Origin: Paraphysomonas bandaiensis
Lineage: Eukaryota > Protista > Chrysophyceae
NCBI GenBank assembly: GCA_965644295.1
Contig: CBFFRP010000249.1
Span: 95,854-159,853, forward strand
Length of the DNA stretch: 64,000 nt
Direction: 5' to 3'
How positions within the stretch are numbered: position 1 is the stretch's first letter; each line of letters opens with the position of its first letter. The position numbers and the translations under genes were made by a program. Positions 1 to 13,016 of this stretch are shown piece after piece. The notes under the pieces were generated by a model. It was not told where the DNA came from and searched no databases. It was given only the letters and a program-made list of their open reading frames with translations.

Positions 1-1699
1 TGATGAAAACTCTTATTCAACACATGCTGTGTGTGTCTGCTATATTGTTACTTGTATGCTCAAACACGTATTCGGTATTACATATGAACACTAGGTCACA
101 GGCTACCAGTGGTACACACTTGAATCTGTCTATGAAGATAGAAAGCCCAGACATCTACGCGTATATAAGTACAACATTTCGATTCTGTGTTACTGTGAAA
201 CTGCACTGCACTAATCTACCTCATTGTTAAAGCATCATTCTTTTATCTTGATATTTTGAGCTCCAGTCGTCACTACAGACTATAGACAACCAAGAAAACC
301 ACATAAAATAGCTGTAAACGTTATTAGTTTTATGGGCTTGCCGTAGTTTTAGATGTATGTATCGGGGTGGGGCATGTGAGGACTTGACAGCAACCCGTAT
401 ATTGCTCTTTTGAATATATGGCCATTTACCGACAGTGGAACTCTAGCATAGTGTTCACCAACGGGCACTAAGTCATAGTGTTTCGTCGCCGACTTCACTA
501 TCAAGAATTGTTGCACCTGTTGCTGCGGTAACTCTCCAAGTGGCACTACGCTTGACACACACCACAGTGCGTGTAAACAACACAGCTACCCTGAAATAGA
601 TTCATTAGTTTTTGTTATTTATTTACAGCGTTTTTATTTGAACTTATTCGAATTCATTCTTCTATATCCATTCTGAGTATATTGGTGCAATTTTTAAAGC
701 CTATTGCTAAATAATAATACTTTCAATATATCCATTCTGAGGGCATTCTATATTGTAGTACAACTGCTGATTAAACTAAACAGTGCATTGGTCTTTATTC
801 TAATCCTGGGTGTTCTTCGAGTGTTGCGCCAAGCATGCTCCAGATAGATCTAGTTACACTATACATAGTATACCTGTATACCCCTAGGGGTATAGTAGCT
901 AGCCATGTGGTTTCAAGCAAGTACGGGGGCGCAAGGTTAATATTCTTATTAATCCATATATTAAAAGTTAGCAGATGACTCTCAGATGACTCTCAGATGA
1001 CTCTCATGTTATGTATCAGTATCAGTGGTATGGTTGAGCTCACTGATTCTTGCACTGATCAATTGGTCACTTTATACTTATATTTGTCGATAAACACTTG
1101 TGCCATATCGCTGTGGGTATAATCAGTGGTTTACTTTTTTCTGTTTCCAGGATCCTCACTGTGCACTATGCTGTTGGCCTTTCGACGCACAGGATGCCCT
1201 TTCGGGTATTGATTTCGAATCTTTATAGCTTCACCCATTTGAAGCGGTTCTGCATCTTCACTCACATCATTCATGTTATGGTCTGGTGGTGTAGTGGCTC
1301 CGCATTGATATTCTATGCCATATAGATGATCCCACTATACCATACATGCAACGAGAAGATCCATTCTGTGTACAGAAAGCGTACAGAGCTGGACCAAAAT
1401 GTATCTTGGACGGGTATAAACTGAAAAGTTAGGTCGTAAGTCCTGAGATCTCTGTGTACCGGTATACCGTATACCGGTACGATTAACCCTCTTATTGCGT
1501 ATAGGACTGTATACAGCTGTGGAAGTGGTGTGTGTTTTTCCAGGAATTGACCTGCACGCCGACACACACCAACACAGACAGGGCGGAGGATACGTCTGTG
1601 TAGGTACACGACTGCACTGGGCCTCCACGCAGGCAGGTACACATACATACATACACTGTCTATATATTAACACCAGCATCCATATACATACACACCGAC

Positions 1700-3077
1700 A
1701 TGAATGAATCTATATGGCTCTATCTCAACCAATTCACATGGATTCGTTTTGATTCTTATATAACTGATCTTCTCGAGACTCACTTCACATCCGACAGCAG
1801 GAGCAGCACTCTGACTATCGGGGACAGTGTCTTCGACCTCACGAGTATGTGTGTCATCAATGAGGCTCAAAGTCCTCCTGTCACACCCATTAAAAGAGAA
1901 TCTTTACATCATAATCGTAACAGTGTATGGGAATGGGACATGGAAGGGACATGGTCGCCGTACTCATACGATGACAGTGAGAACATATCGATCGTTGAGA
2001 GGGACGGACTGGGATCGATCGTATTGTATTTCGGCCCTCAAATGACTCCCTATAAAATAGACACACGGCGATGTGTTCAGTGCAATATGAGAACAGGTTT
2101 TGAAAGGAGAATACGGCGTAATACGACCCCCACACCAGTCCCCACCTCCACACCCGCACCATCTAATCGGAATCATGTGCAGACGTCTCGTATTGACTGT
2201 GCTGTACGCAGATGTTTGAACACAGCCGTTCCCTTCCCACAGTATACAAACGATTGTACGGTGTGTTTGGAAAACTTCAGTGACACTGATCCAGCATACC
2301 TTCTGTCTGAGTGTTCGAGTCATGCATTTCACAAATCGTGCATGGATCGTTTTTTAAGAACTACTGGAAAGTGTCCTGTTTGTAATCATATCTATATACC
2401 TCACCAAGGTTGCCAACCATCTGACGGCCGTATGGACGTAGAATACCTGCCCCAAGGAAAGTGCCCTTTGAGTGGATACCCTACTGATGGCACGATTGTA
2501 ATGTGAGTGACAAACATACTATAGTTGTACTAACCCACTACTATACTATAGCAAATATTTTTTTCCTAGTGGTATTCAAGGACCAGAACATCCGAACCCT
2601 GGAGTTCAATACAGTGGGACAAGTCGTACTGCTTATCTACCAGATACTACCGAGGGCAGAGAGGGTACGTTGCACCTATACTCTAGGCGATAACCTGGCT
2701 TGTGCCTCATATGTATGTTTAGTTTTGAATCTGCTGGAACAGTGCTTCAAGAATCGCCTAACTTTCACCGTGGGGCGCTCAATAACCACAGGCAGAGATA
2801 ACTGCGTTGTATGGAATGGAGTGCATCATAAGGTACTCATTCAACGCTTTAATTACACTGCAATCAATTTTTAACATAATGCGTTCCTTTTGCCATTTAT
2901 TTGAAATACGAACCTTTTACATATACTTTGAGTGGAGTTTTCTAATTTTTGTCTGTATTTATGGACCACGTACAGACAAACACCTCAGGTGGTGCTACGA
3001 ATTTTGGATACCCGGACCCCACGTACTTCACAAGAGTCAAATGCGAGCTTTTGGCAAAAGGTTTTGGTGGATTGTGA
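1700..3077 (+). CDS. Deltex-like E3 ubiquitin ligase (WWE domains + RING-H2 + Deltex C-terminal domain), 4 exons
   Basis: ORF 1700-2506 has WWE motifs ([13 protein letters not shown]...[23 protein letters not shown]) and a RING-H2 (CTVC...[10 protein letters not shown]...CPVC). Splicing at 2503-2551 and two later introns gives DTC motifs [38 protein letters not shown] and [12 protein letters not shown], with TGA at 3075-3077. Confidence 0.9.
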
Positions 3078-4301
3078 TCGTTTACTTTGTTTCCCCTTAT
3101 CATGACTATGTCGGTAGATTACCTATTGCTGGTTTAGCACATATATGTAGCATTGACGGAATATCTAACTGTACTTGACCTTAACCAACGTGGAGAAAAT
3201 GTTCAAATTTGAGACTTTTAGTTCAAGCTATATTCTAAAATAGTTTTTAATGATATATGTTATTCGAATGGTTTGCAGTTAGTATTCGTAGCAACTATAA
3301 GATATTATAATGAGATTAAATTTTTGTCCTTTTTAGGTTTTACTCTGTGCCCAGTACACGTTGTCCTATGACTTCTGGGGATGAGCCTACTGCACCACTA
3401 CCTTTCCATTCCCAAGGTACAACCTCTACGTTATAACTACCACAGGTTCTATGGGCCCATTTTCTTGATGGATTAGGTCGTCGTATCAGCAGTTTCTCTT
3501 GTTCCTATTTCGTGTATACTATAACTCGTGTACGGTAAATAATGTATGACACATTATATGAGTGAATAGATAAAGCGTCTAGTACAAGATAACATATTTT
3601 AACACTGCACTTTATATAACTCAATTAAAATTCTCTCTACCTATCTGTTGTACAAATTCACTTCAGTCGTGAGAAGCTGCAAATCCTCTAAAGAGTTTGA
3701 ATAACCTTTCTATTTCTTATCTGTTACACGCGCAAGAAAGTTGTTGAAGCAAAAGTGGGTGGTATGGTAACCAGGATACGGAGAATATGACGTTGGTAGT
3801 TAGTACTATTTATATATATTTGTGGTATTTACTTGCGGTTAGACTAGAAAAGAAATATCTACATTACTTTGATTACATTGTAATTCAATGTGGGGCTACC
3901 AGAAACAATGTTATTGCTGAACTGTAATATACGCGGAGCGGACTGTTGTTAATAGATAGAGCATTATGCTCACAATTGCTGACCACATAAATTTTTCAGT
4001 CAAGCTCATAGCAATAATAGTGTTCATAGTTTACGTATAAGGTAGAGCTAGGAAGCAATATACCGCATAATATTGTAAGCTAGATCTCATCAATAATATC
4101 GCAGCACTTTTTGAACCGGTCCAACAATTGCAATAGTATTGCAGTAGTAGTAGCATTTACCAATTGCTAAATACAAGCGTATAGTCATTATAAGGTCTCG
4201 TGGTTATTAAACCCACGGGACAAAAAATGTGGGTAAATGACGTCTTTTTTTACACTGTGCCAAACAAAGATATTAATTAAGGAACTGTTGTTAGTAGTAC
4301 G

Positions 4302-5114
4302 CAGGGATAGGGAACAATATATTGTATTGCAATACATTGTACAATATATTGCAATATATTGTAAAATATATTGATTGGTGGACTGGTCAAATATTCCATC
4401 AATAGTGTTTCTGCTAAAAGAGCTCACAATACTATTGCAATATATTGCAATCAATATTATGATAGTCATATAAGAGAAGATTCTCAACTGTATGGTGCAA
4501 AATGGATAAAAATAACCGAGAAATTGATTACAACATTACAAAGGATAATGAAGCTGATGTTGACTATGCGACTAAAAATCTTCAGTCAGCTCAAAAAATT
4601 AAGAAACGTACAGATCCACGAGTCATTAACGGTTGCCTGGCCCTAGTATGTACTTCCGATACATGGGAACGTCTGTTCAGCACAGCTAAACATATTATAT
4701 CAGTGTTGCGCAAAAGTATCCATCCTACTTAATATGCTGTTGTTTTAGAAAGCTATTCGACAGTTATGGCCGGATACTATGTAGCATATTTCAATTAATT
4801 CTGTGGATGAATATGGTGATGTTGACCTCACCGATGATGGCTCAGAGGATGAGGACGAGGTGGATTTTTAGTAGCTATAAGCAGCAGTTGGTTTGGTTGT
4901 CATGTGATCTTAATGGCTAATACTAAAAATGAAATCTACGGATGTGTTTACCTACTGATTAGTCAAACTAATATATCGCAATACATTGACAATATATTGC
5001 AATATATTGCAATATATTGTAATTGTATTGTAGGACCGGTTTAAAAAATCCATCAATACTATTGATGGAACGCTATCTAACAATAGTATTGCACTATATT
5101 GTTCCCTATCCCTG
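4302..5114 (+). mobile_element. Non-autonomous hAT DNA transposon (deletion derivative)
   Basis: Terminal inverted repeats CAGGGATAGGGAACAATAT / ATATTGTTCCCTATCCCTG; perfect 8-bp TSD GTAGTACG at 4294-4301 and 5115-5122; subterminal ATATTGCAAT repeats; internal ORF 4502-4732 keeps a hAT dimerisation-like motif (TSDTWERLFSTAKHIISVLRKSIHP). Confidence 0.92.
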
Positions 5115-5799
5115 GTAGTACGTGCAATATTGTATCGTCTATAAGCTTATAGCCGCTGCTACTTATAATTAATATCTTTGTAGGTACGTTGTTCGAGGTA
5201 GTTTTACTTATTTGCAATGTCATGTTAAGTTCACAATGTAGCACACCAACAATTGTCAAGTTCGTAATGTTATTGGAGTTTGAATTTACTGAATTAGAAA
5301 CTGAAAGTAATTTAACGCGCAATTTTTACGTATTCTTACTACACTCTAATACTATATCTCATGGGAGAAATAATAAAATTACGGTTTTATCGATATCCTA
5401 TCAGAACACATACTTCTATCAGTGGAATGTAGTGAGTATGCAGCTGCCGGATAAGAACAGCATTCTGTAACAATATTACCATGTAAACACAATAAAACAC
5501 CATCACGCTATAGCGAAATCTACAGATATTCACTCTACACATGAGTAGAACAGATTAAAAAAAAGAAAACAACCGTACCGGCACTATACAAGACACCAAT
5601 GTTAACACAATGCATTGGAACCTATGTTACCAATATAGTGCCCGAGTCATGTACCATCACGAAGACACCAATGTGTGCACAATTCATTGGGGTGTAACTG
5701 AGTCATTGCAAGCAGGACTAGTCTCTTCAACATGTATCGTATGCACTGGTGTAATTTTGACATAGAACTATACTGTATTCGACGCTTATTGTCGACAGT

Positions 5800-7430
5800 T
5801 TAATAGATGCTGACGCGACGTATTTTCTGTACATCATTCCCCAGTCTCTCTACGTCAGACTTAGTGGGAATTGAAGCATCCGAGTGTCTCCTGGGTCTTG
5901 ACCTTTTAATCGATGATTCACGATCATGTGCACCCTTCATTCTGGTAGAGGACATGCGGCGTGATAGATGTGCACCAGACTCCTCCATGTGAGCATTGGA
6001 AGGCATACGAGAAGAGAGTTCCTTGTAAAAAGCCTGGGGCTCAGGGAGGACTTGCATCTTTTTCGTCGGTGATCCATTACCATTAAAGGACGAAGTGTTA
6101 CTAAATAGCCTTTTCGACGACCCGCGCTTTGAGAGGTCCCTGTTAAGATGGTTGGAAGTCGAAGATGGTTTGAGGCGTACAGAAGACATACGCCGACTGA
6201 GGTCGGTTTGGAGAGGTGCGACATGACAGTCATCATCATTGAAACTGCTCAGAGCCAGGTCCTCGTAGGCGAAGGCCCGAGGTTTTCCTTTCGATGCATG
6301 AAGGTTTCTTGTAGATTCACCAGAGGGGAAGGTCTCTCTACGACTACTAGATTTGCTTATGTCTCGCTTTATTGGCACTACACACTCCGCACTATCCACA
6401 CTCAAAACGTTCTGTGTGGAAGATTGCCGTCTTTTGTGATGCGTTCCGGTGTTGGCTGCAATGAACTCAATATGTTTCATTGGGCTCGATTCAGACAGCG
6501 TGTCGGTATATGAAGTTGTAGATGCATTAGACCCACGCTTATTGTCTCTGTTGCTGTGACGTCGGCGACCAATAGCTCTGTGATGTTTTTCCGATTCGGG
6601 GTCCAGTATTGTCTCAAAATCGACAACACATGCAGTGCCCTTCTGTTCAATCTTCTTCTCCATCACAGCATTATTCAGCAGTTTAACTATTTCATCTACT
6701 GACAGGAATTGTCCATGAGTTATCTCAATACGGCGCTTGGAAACTTTATTCCAAAATCGCCTACCCATACACTTCTTTCGGATCATCTGCTGCATAGTGA
6801 AAGCAGGGAATATAAGAGCAGGATGGTTGCGAATAAACTCGGCAAATACATCCTTGTTGACATCTTCTATTGCTAGCGAGCCAATCTTCTCACTTATTCG
6901 GTGGGCATGGATATTTTTTTGGAACTTGTGCCCATAGATTTCTTTGAGCATAAGATCAACTTCTGCAGCATCAATTACTCCACTCGAATCCTTGTCATAC
7001 AAGTCGAATGCAAATAAAACTACACAATTAGATTAATTCATATAAAATATATAACGGAATGCTTACTTAAAGTGGTATTTCCCAGTGTACAGTAGTTCCA
7101 TAAAGTAATGGCGAATTCCTTGAAATCAATACACTTGCTGTCATCTTGATCAAATATTGAAAACACCTACCAACAATTAACACACATGACTAACATGAGC
7201 ATAACTATAAACACCCTCTCTGAGAATTTATTCCGATCGAGATCAATAAAATCAAGCATCTCATTGATTTGTATGCTGCCAGATCCGTCCGAGTCGATTC
7301 TCATGAATAACTTATACATCTGTCGGACTTCACGTGAGGTCAGTTTAAGAGCTTCGAACTCTGTTTCCCATTGTTTGATTTCTGGATACTGTGTGTATGT
7401 GTCTGTGAAGCAGCTCTGACATGAGCCCAT
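5800..7430 (-). CDS. EF-hand calcium-binding protein (calcineurin-B/NCS-like N-terminus) with a long Ser/Arg-rich tail, 3 exons
   Basis: Starts MGSCQSC (ATG 7430). EF loops DSDGSGSIQINE, DQDDSKCIDFKE (middle exon about 7068-7165) and DKDSSGVIDAAE. Confidence 0.82.
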
Positions 7431-7983
7431 AGCACCAGTCGATGTGTGTGTGTGTGTGTGTGTCACCGCATAGCACCGCACTCTACTCTTGTATCTATCA
7501 GATACATTGAGATTGATATTACCACTCGTGAAATCAACCGCCAGATGATTGGCAACGCAATTGTCATGGAGGGAAACGTTAGGCACTAAACTGCAGGCTC
7601 CAAACCACACCGTGAGAATATAGTCGCACTCAGATCCCTTTAATGTGACTGGGTCTTGAGCCAATCAGAGTACTTACACCATATTTTATTGGCTATGGAG
7701 TTTGTTAAAGTACACCAATTATATTACTTGAAATGAATTGTATTGGCTTTAATTACCCACACTTCTTTTATTATTAACCAATAATAACCTCTCGTAACAA
7801 TATTATTGGTAGAAAAGGATATTTCGTATATGCATAGTACATGGCCACTATACGCGGCTGTACTGTGTATCTATACACAGAGGTGTGAGTATGTATGTGT
7901 GTATGTGCAGCTGTAGATAGACGGTCCACATCACTCAACTATCAGCCGTATGATCCCATAGTCCATACATACATACATAGTCT

Positions 7984-9060
7984 ATGGAGGCCTATGAGTT
8001 ATACTTGTTCTGGGTGGTCCCCAGCACCGTTTCATTCATTCTGTCTCTCTCTATAGTACTCAACGTCATCCTCACTCCTCATTTACGCACAAGACACTTT
8101 CAAATCCTCTCAGCGCTGTTGGGTCTCTCTGATTTAGTGAAGTCTGGCAGTTGGCTCATTAGTCCGAAGTATTCCAGTGCTTATAATGTCTGTGCTACAC
8201 AGGAGTATATGTAAGCTGCATGCGTGTTGCTGTCTGTATGACTGACATGTACATATATATACGTGTGTAGGTATCAGGGGGGGTCACTTGTCCAGGCATT
8301 CCTTGTGATTACAGTGTGTGGTTTCGGTTTACATTGTATCAAGTATAGTCATGCTCCACAGAAGAGAACCTTGCTGTGGGCACTTGGGATACAGCTCACA
8401 TTGCTGTGCACAGCATTAGTGACATCAATATACTTGAAAACAGCTAGGCTATTCTGTGGTATTGATGACCTTGATGTATACGAACACCGGCATAGGGCTG
8501 TGTTGGTAGCATATATATGTGTATATGTTATCCCAATTTATGTGTTGATATTCACCGGATTAGTACAGTGCATTAGTATTGAGAATAAATTGTACGCCTA
8601 CTGTCAAGGCCGTCAGATCAGTACAGCTGATAAACTTCTTCAAGTAGTGAATCGACTGAAGCAGTATCCTCGCATCATAATTTTTAGCTGGATTCCTAAT
8701 TTGGCCTCTTTGTTCGTGTTTGTGATTCAAGGAGATTTTAACAGTGTGCTAGGATGCTTTGCAGCTTTATGCTTATCATGCAGTGGAATTTTTATTGCTG
8801 GACAATATTTCTACCATCAGAACTCTTATCCCACATTTCTCCCTCGTTGTTTTCAGAATAGTAACAAGTCATGCCACGTAGGCACCCATCATATCAATTT
8901 AAGCACATCATCAAACTATGACCCGACACTTTATGACTTATCGGGTCGATTCAGCGACCGCAGCTCCACATTTACTTCTCCGACATCAGATAGCAATAGC
9001 ACCGGTCTTGTTGCGCTCAGAGCTTCTCTTCTGCGCGAATCCCATACTGCTGTGTTATAG
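7984..9060 (+). CDS. 7-TM GPCR-like protein (cAMP-receptor/GCR1-like), 2 exons
   Basis: ORFs 7984-8214 and 8263-9060 join through a GT-AG intron (about 8210-8269). Multiple hydrophobic helices; motifs LGLSDL, CATQ and RLKQYPRIIIFSWIP; Ser-rich tail. Confidence 0.7.
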
Positions 9061-9550
9061 TCCGCGGTGTTTGTTGCATCTGTTTGAGTTTAGCTCGTTT
9101 TCAGCATCAACGTACTCTATTACTGAACATATTATATATTTATGCTCGAAAACAATGAGTTACACAGGATTCAGTGCCATTAATATATTATACCAGAGTT
9201 GTGCTAATAATGGTTGAATTTATATTTTTACCAACGTGCCGTTTCCTATTTAGTTGTTTTATCAGCATAATATTGTGTCTGCTTCAATTCTGTTTCGATG
9301 AAATGGATATTTTAATCCCATTAGCAATTTGTTTTGAACTCTTAGTAGCTTGAAGGCATGCATATATTCCATATTATTTGAATTTTCAGTACTCACATAA
9401 TAGAACTATCACAAGTACAGTAATAACTGTTGAGTTTTGGTGTTTGTGAGAAGTTAAAAGCTGTATTTCTAAGGTATTTGAATTAAGTAAATTGACTGTA
9501 TAAGATCGTGCCTATCTAATATCTAAGATCTAAGACCTGTATAAGAACGT

Positions 9551-10030
9551 TCTGCCCACTCATGGCCTAATGCTTGTGTGACACAAGGAACACTAATGTT
9601 AGTGTCACTTGTGTAGACGTCTTTGAGCCTTCACGAATAAACAGGCATCCGGGAATAGACCCTCCTCAAGGGTGACCAGTAATAGGGGTATTGGGTATTG
9701 GGCTGCCTCCTGAAGTTAAGCATCCGGGAATGGGTTCCATTAAGCAATAAAAAATTCTGAAGTCAGCAAATGTCAGATATATATCAACATTCTACGGAAG
9801 TGGTTGCACCTTGGTGCTTGCGGCGACGCACAAGCAGCTTCTGTAGCGTTAAATAGTAGGATAATAGAATTTGTGCTGATTAGTTATGATGGGTAGAGGT
9901 CTAACTAGTAGATCTAGCATTCAACTAGCCACTATATCGGAACGAGTTTTTAACGCCTATTGCTAAATAAAAAGACATTCAATAATATCAACATTCTGCT
10001 TGCTCACTGCAATTGCTTTGAGTGATTGAT
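9551..10030 (+). mobile_element. SINE-like/LINE-tail repeat copy (modules C-B-A) followed by an extra B fragment
   Basis: Colinear with the reverse complement of 50330-50750. Core ACGGAAGTGGTTGCACCTTGGTGCTTGCGGCGACGCACAAGCAGCTTCTGT at 9794-9844; ends GCCTATTGCTAAATAA...AGACATTCAA. Confidence 0.8.
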
Positions 10031-10288
10031 GCCGAGTACGAGTGTACACAATGGAGGGAAGGCATTGGAGTCTTCTTGAATTTGTAACAGATATTGGCAG
10101 ACGTCTGTTTCATGCGTCAGTGTGCAAAATTGCACCAGTGAGACCCTTTCGTGATCGTGGGAGGACCCGGCGCTACTCTACTCTCCCTCCAGACTACCTA
10201 ATGCTGTGGTGAACAACACCTTGAAGAGGGCCCTAACCATTTGCCGCGTATACAAGAGACATATGCCGAAGACACCGACCACAGTTGT

Positions 10289-10576
10289 GAATGTCTGATA
10301 ATTAACTACAGGGGTATAAGAGTCAGAACTGTTGTAGCAAAACAATTTAACTAACTAGTGCTTAACTCTGATATCTTACTATTTTGCTCTACAAAAGCTT
10401 CTTGTGCGTCACCGCAAGCACCAAGGTGCAACCACTTTCGCTCTCTGTCATTAAGGTGAACTAACCTAGATGCTTGACTTCAGTAGGCAGCCCAATACCC
10501 CGGATGCCCTTGAGGTGTTCAATCCAGGATGCCTGTTTATTCGTCAGTGCCCAAAGACGCCTACACAAGTGACACC
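10289..10576 (-). mobile_element. Same repeat family, opposite strand (tail-to-tail with the previous copy)
   Basis: Core at 10391-10441. Shares GGCAGCCCAATACCCCGGATGC and AAAGACGCCTACACAAGTGACAC with other copies. Confidence 0.8.
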
Positions 10577-11080
10577 CAAAGCTTGTGTGGTCAGTTTGTT
10601 TGTATTTGGAGTGTATGATCTGGCTTGAATATTAAATACGCAACTCGTCGTATGCCCATGTAGCTAACTAAATCGTGTATAGTTGATAGTTGAGCACTTG
10701 CCGATGCATGCAATAGTAACTAGAGATGAGAGTCATGTTATGCTTAGTGTCGCGCGAGTTGTTAGGTTGGTTGCGGCACCGCACAAGCTTGCGCTTCTTA
10801 TTAATCAGACATTCAAAATTAGTAGTATTTCATAAATTATCAATTGTATTAGAAAATGAGATATTGTAAATAAAAGAGTAAAATAATCGTACATCGTTGC
10901 AACAATATCAAAAATAACTACGTGTGCTTGCTATTGCCATCTTGTAGATCGCTCATGAGCATGTGCTCCTTGCAGATCCAATATAAGGCGAACTAATAAT
11001 ATTCCCATGGTATGAAAGCACGAGTTATTATAGTATAATAATGAATCGAATCTATGTAGCAGCCATACGTAGTAGTCCGC

Positions 11081-12612
11081 TCAATGATACAGAGCGACAT
11101 ACACTTTCCTTTGTCCCGTAAACCAGGGCGACCTCCCATGGGCAATTCTATGATTGTCCAGCATCACCACGTCCCCGGCTCTATGATCATATATCCAGGA
11201 ATTTCTAGATATAGTTCGACGAAGAATCATTGCATCATTCCAACTCACTTCGGAATTATCGTCGCTATATACCATGTCATGCCCGTACCCATACCCCATG
11301 TATATCCTTGCGCGATTGTACAGATACGTAGCAATTGCAAGTGAAGCGGACTCCTTACTGTCAAACAGCTGGGCACTCCAAGCAAACGGGACTGAGAAGG
11401 TAGCTCCGTGGAGGACATTGAAGTGCAGGTTCAGATACTCGTCGCCAGTGACTTCGTGGCGGCGAAATACAAGTGCTTTGTGATGCAGCAACAGGTCTCC
11501 ATCATCTGTCCAAGTAGTGTTGAATCCCTGCTTAGTCGCTGCAGAATCGACAATATCTATGACATTATATGTTACACACGAAAATGGCATAGCGCGAGCC
11601 ATAAAATTACCTCTGTCGTCGGTCTCAAACATTTCTTGCCAACTCTTGGATTTCAGGATGTCGTAATTACGCCTCGCTTTATTGTAGTACCACCGATGGT
11701 AAGTTAGTCCTCTAGACACAAGGTTGTTTTTGTATTCCTGTGGAAGGTCCCGCCACACCTAGGCATTACTTTCATTACACAACTAGAGGCTACGAAATGC
11801 AGTACGCACTACACATAGAGCATAGCGGTAATGGGACACATTCACAGCACAGATAATGACATTAGAGTGGACATCAGACCATTGCAATGCACCACACTTT
11901 GATAGAAAATCACGAACCTGTCGAAAATCAGTAAGCACTGTCTGTCCTCCTGGTGGTGGGTTTGGCTGTTGTGCAAAGAAGTATATACGTCTCGGTGGAT
12001 GGGCAGTGTAGGGCAGCTCTAAGTGAGTGGGAATAGTGGCCAATCGGCCAATCTCAGAGGCCGATGATACAAACTGCGTGCCATTTATACGGCGACGAGG
12101 GGCAGTGCCAAGATACACCTGAAGCATACGCAAATGAGTTGCTAAAGCGGTCATAGCATCATATAACTCCACACCTCAACATGAAGATCCTCGTGGAATT
12201 TTCCGAGAATTTTATCGAAGGAATGCACGTCCTGCACTCCAAATCCACGAAACACAACTCCTCCATAAGTTAAGAGTGCTTCATCGAACCACTGTTTGTT
12301 AGCACTGTACCACCCAATCAAATCATCTGTGCCATTGTAGCTCTCTGAGAGGCTCTGGGAGGGGGACAGGACCAGTACGTACCCTAACGGACCCACTCGT
12401 ATAGTGACTCTCTCATCAAGAAAGGGGCCTGGGAATTCACCACTGTAGAGAAGCGTATTCGTATCGTCCAGGGGGGTCGATATAGAGGGCATATCAGTGC
12501 TGGATAAGCGCACTGCAGGAGGCATTAGTTGAGATACAGGGACCACTAGAAAGACCGATAGAATGAGGGCGATGAGACATCCAAGCAGCGTGCATGCACC
12601 CCACATAAGCAT
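11081..12612 (-). CDS. TauD/TfdA-family Fe(II)/2-oxoglutarate-dependent dioxygenase with N-terminal hydrophobic anchor, 3 exons
   Basis: LLTYGGVVFRGF, YLGTAPR, H-x-E ligand motif (IPTHLELPY), GGQTVLTDFRQV, and GDVVMLDNHRIAHGRSPW...RKVYVA. Confidence 0.85.
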
Positions 12613-13016
12613 GCTGATATGGTGTAGTTGTATATGATTCTATCAGAATGGGAGTGTAGTGGCTCCTCATCTTAATAGGCGTAGACTGCATCCTTTGTAT
12701 ATTTTTGTTCCAAGATGCCTCATATATTGAGACAACAATTATCTGTATTTCAGCCGTAGTTGTATTGCAGTAATATAGAGTATATTTGCTTCAATTTATT
12801 TCCGAAAAATACGATACATACGTATACTGCATCCTCGTATTCCACTGCATCATACTACTGCTGTATACATACACGGAGAGAAATCGAAAGTCACGGATGC
12901 TACAGATCAATAAACGGACGGAATACCCCCGTTGCCTTTTTACACAGTCTACACTACAGGTAGTCAAAAGCAGGTTTGTAGCAGGTGCGTCTTCGCTCAT
13001 CTCTGTGGTATTGCTC

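Noticed and set aside
972-1007. Small tandem repeats (11 bp x3 here; 22 bp x3 at 18267-18326; 24 bp at 26864-26926; GATAGATTGAT at 45905-45950)
   Set aside because: Ordinary slippage duplications with no further structure.
9551-9985. tRNA gene, hammerhead ribozyme or Helitron end within the repeat family
   Set aside because: No cloverleaf or T-loop GTTCRA, no CTGATGA...GAAA core, no hairpin-plus-CTRR terminus. Its position after LINE-like ORF ends explains it better.
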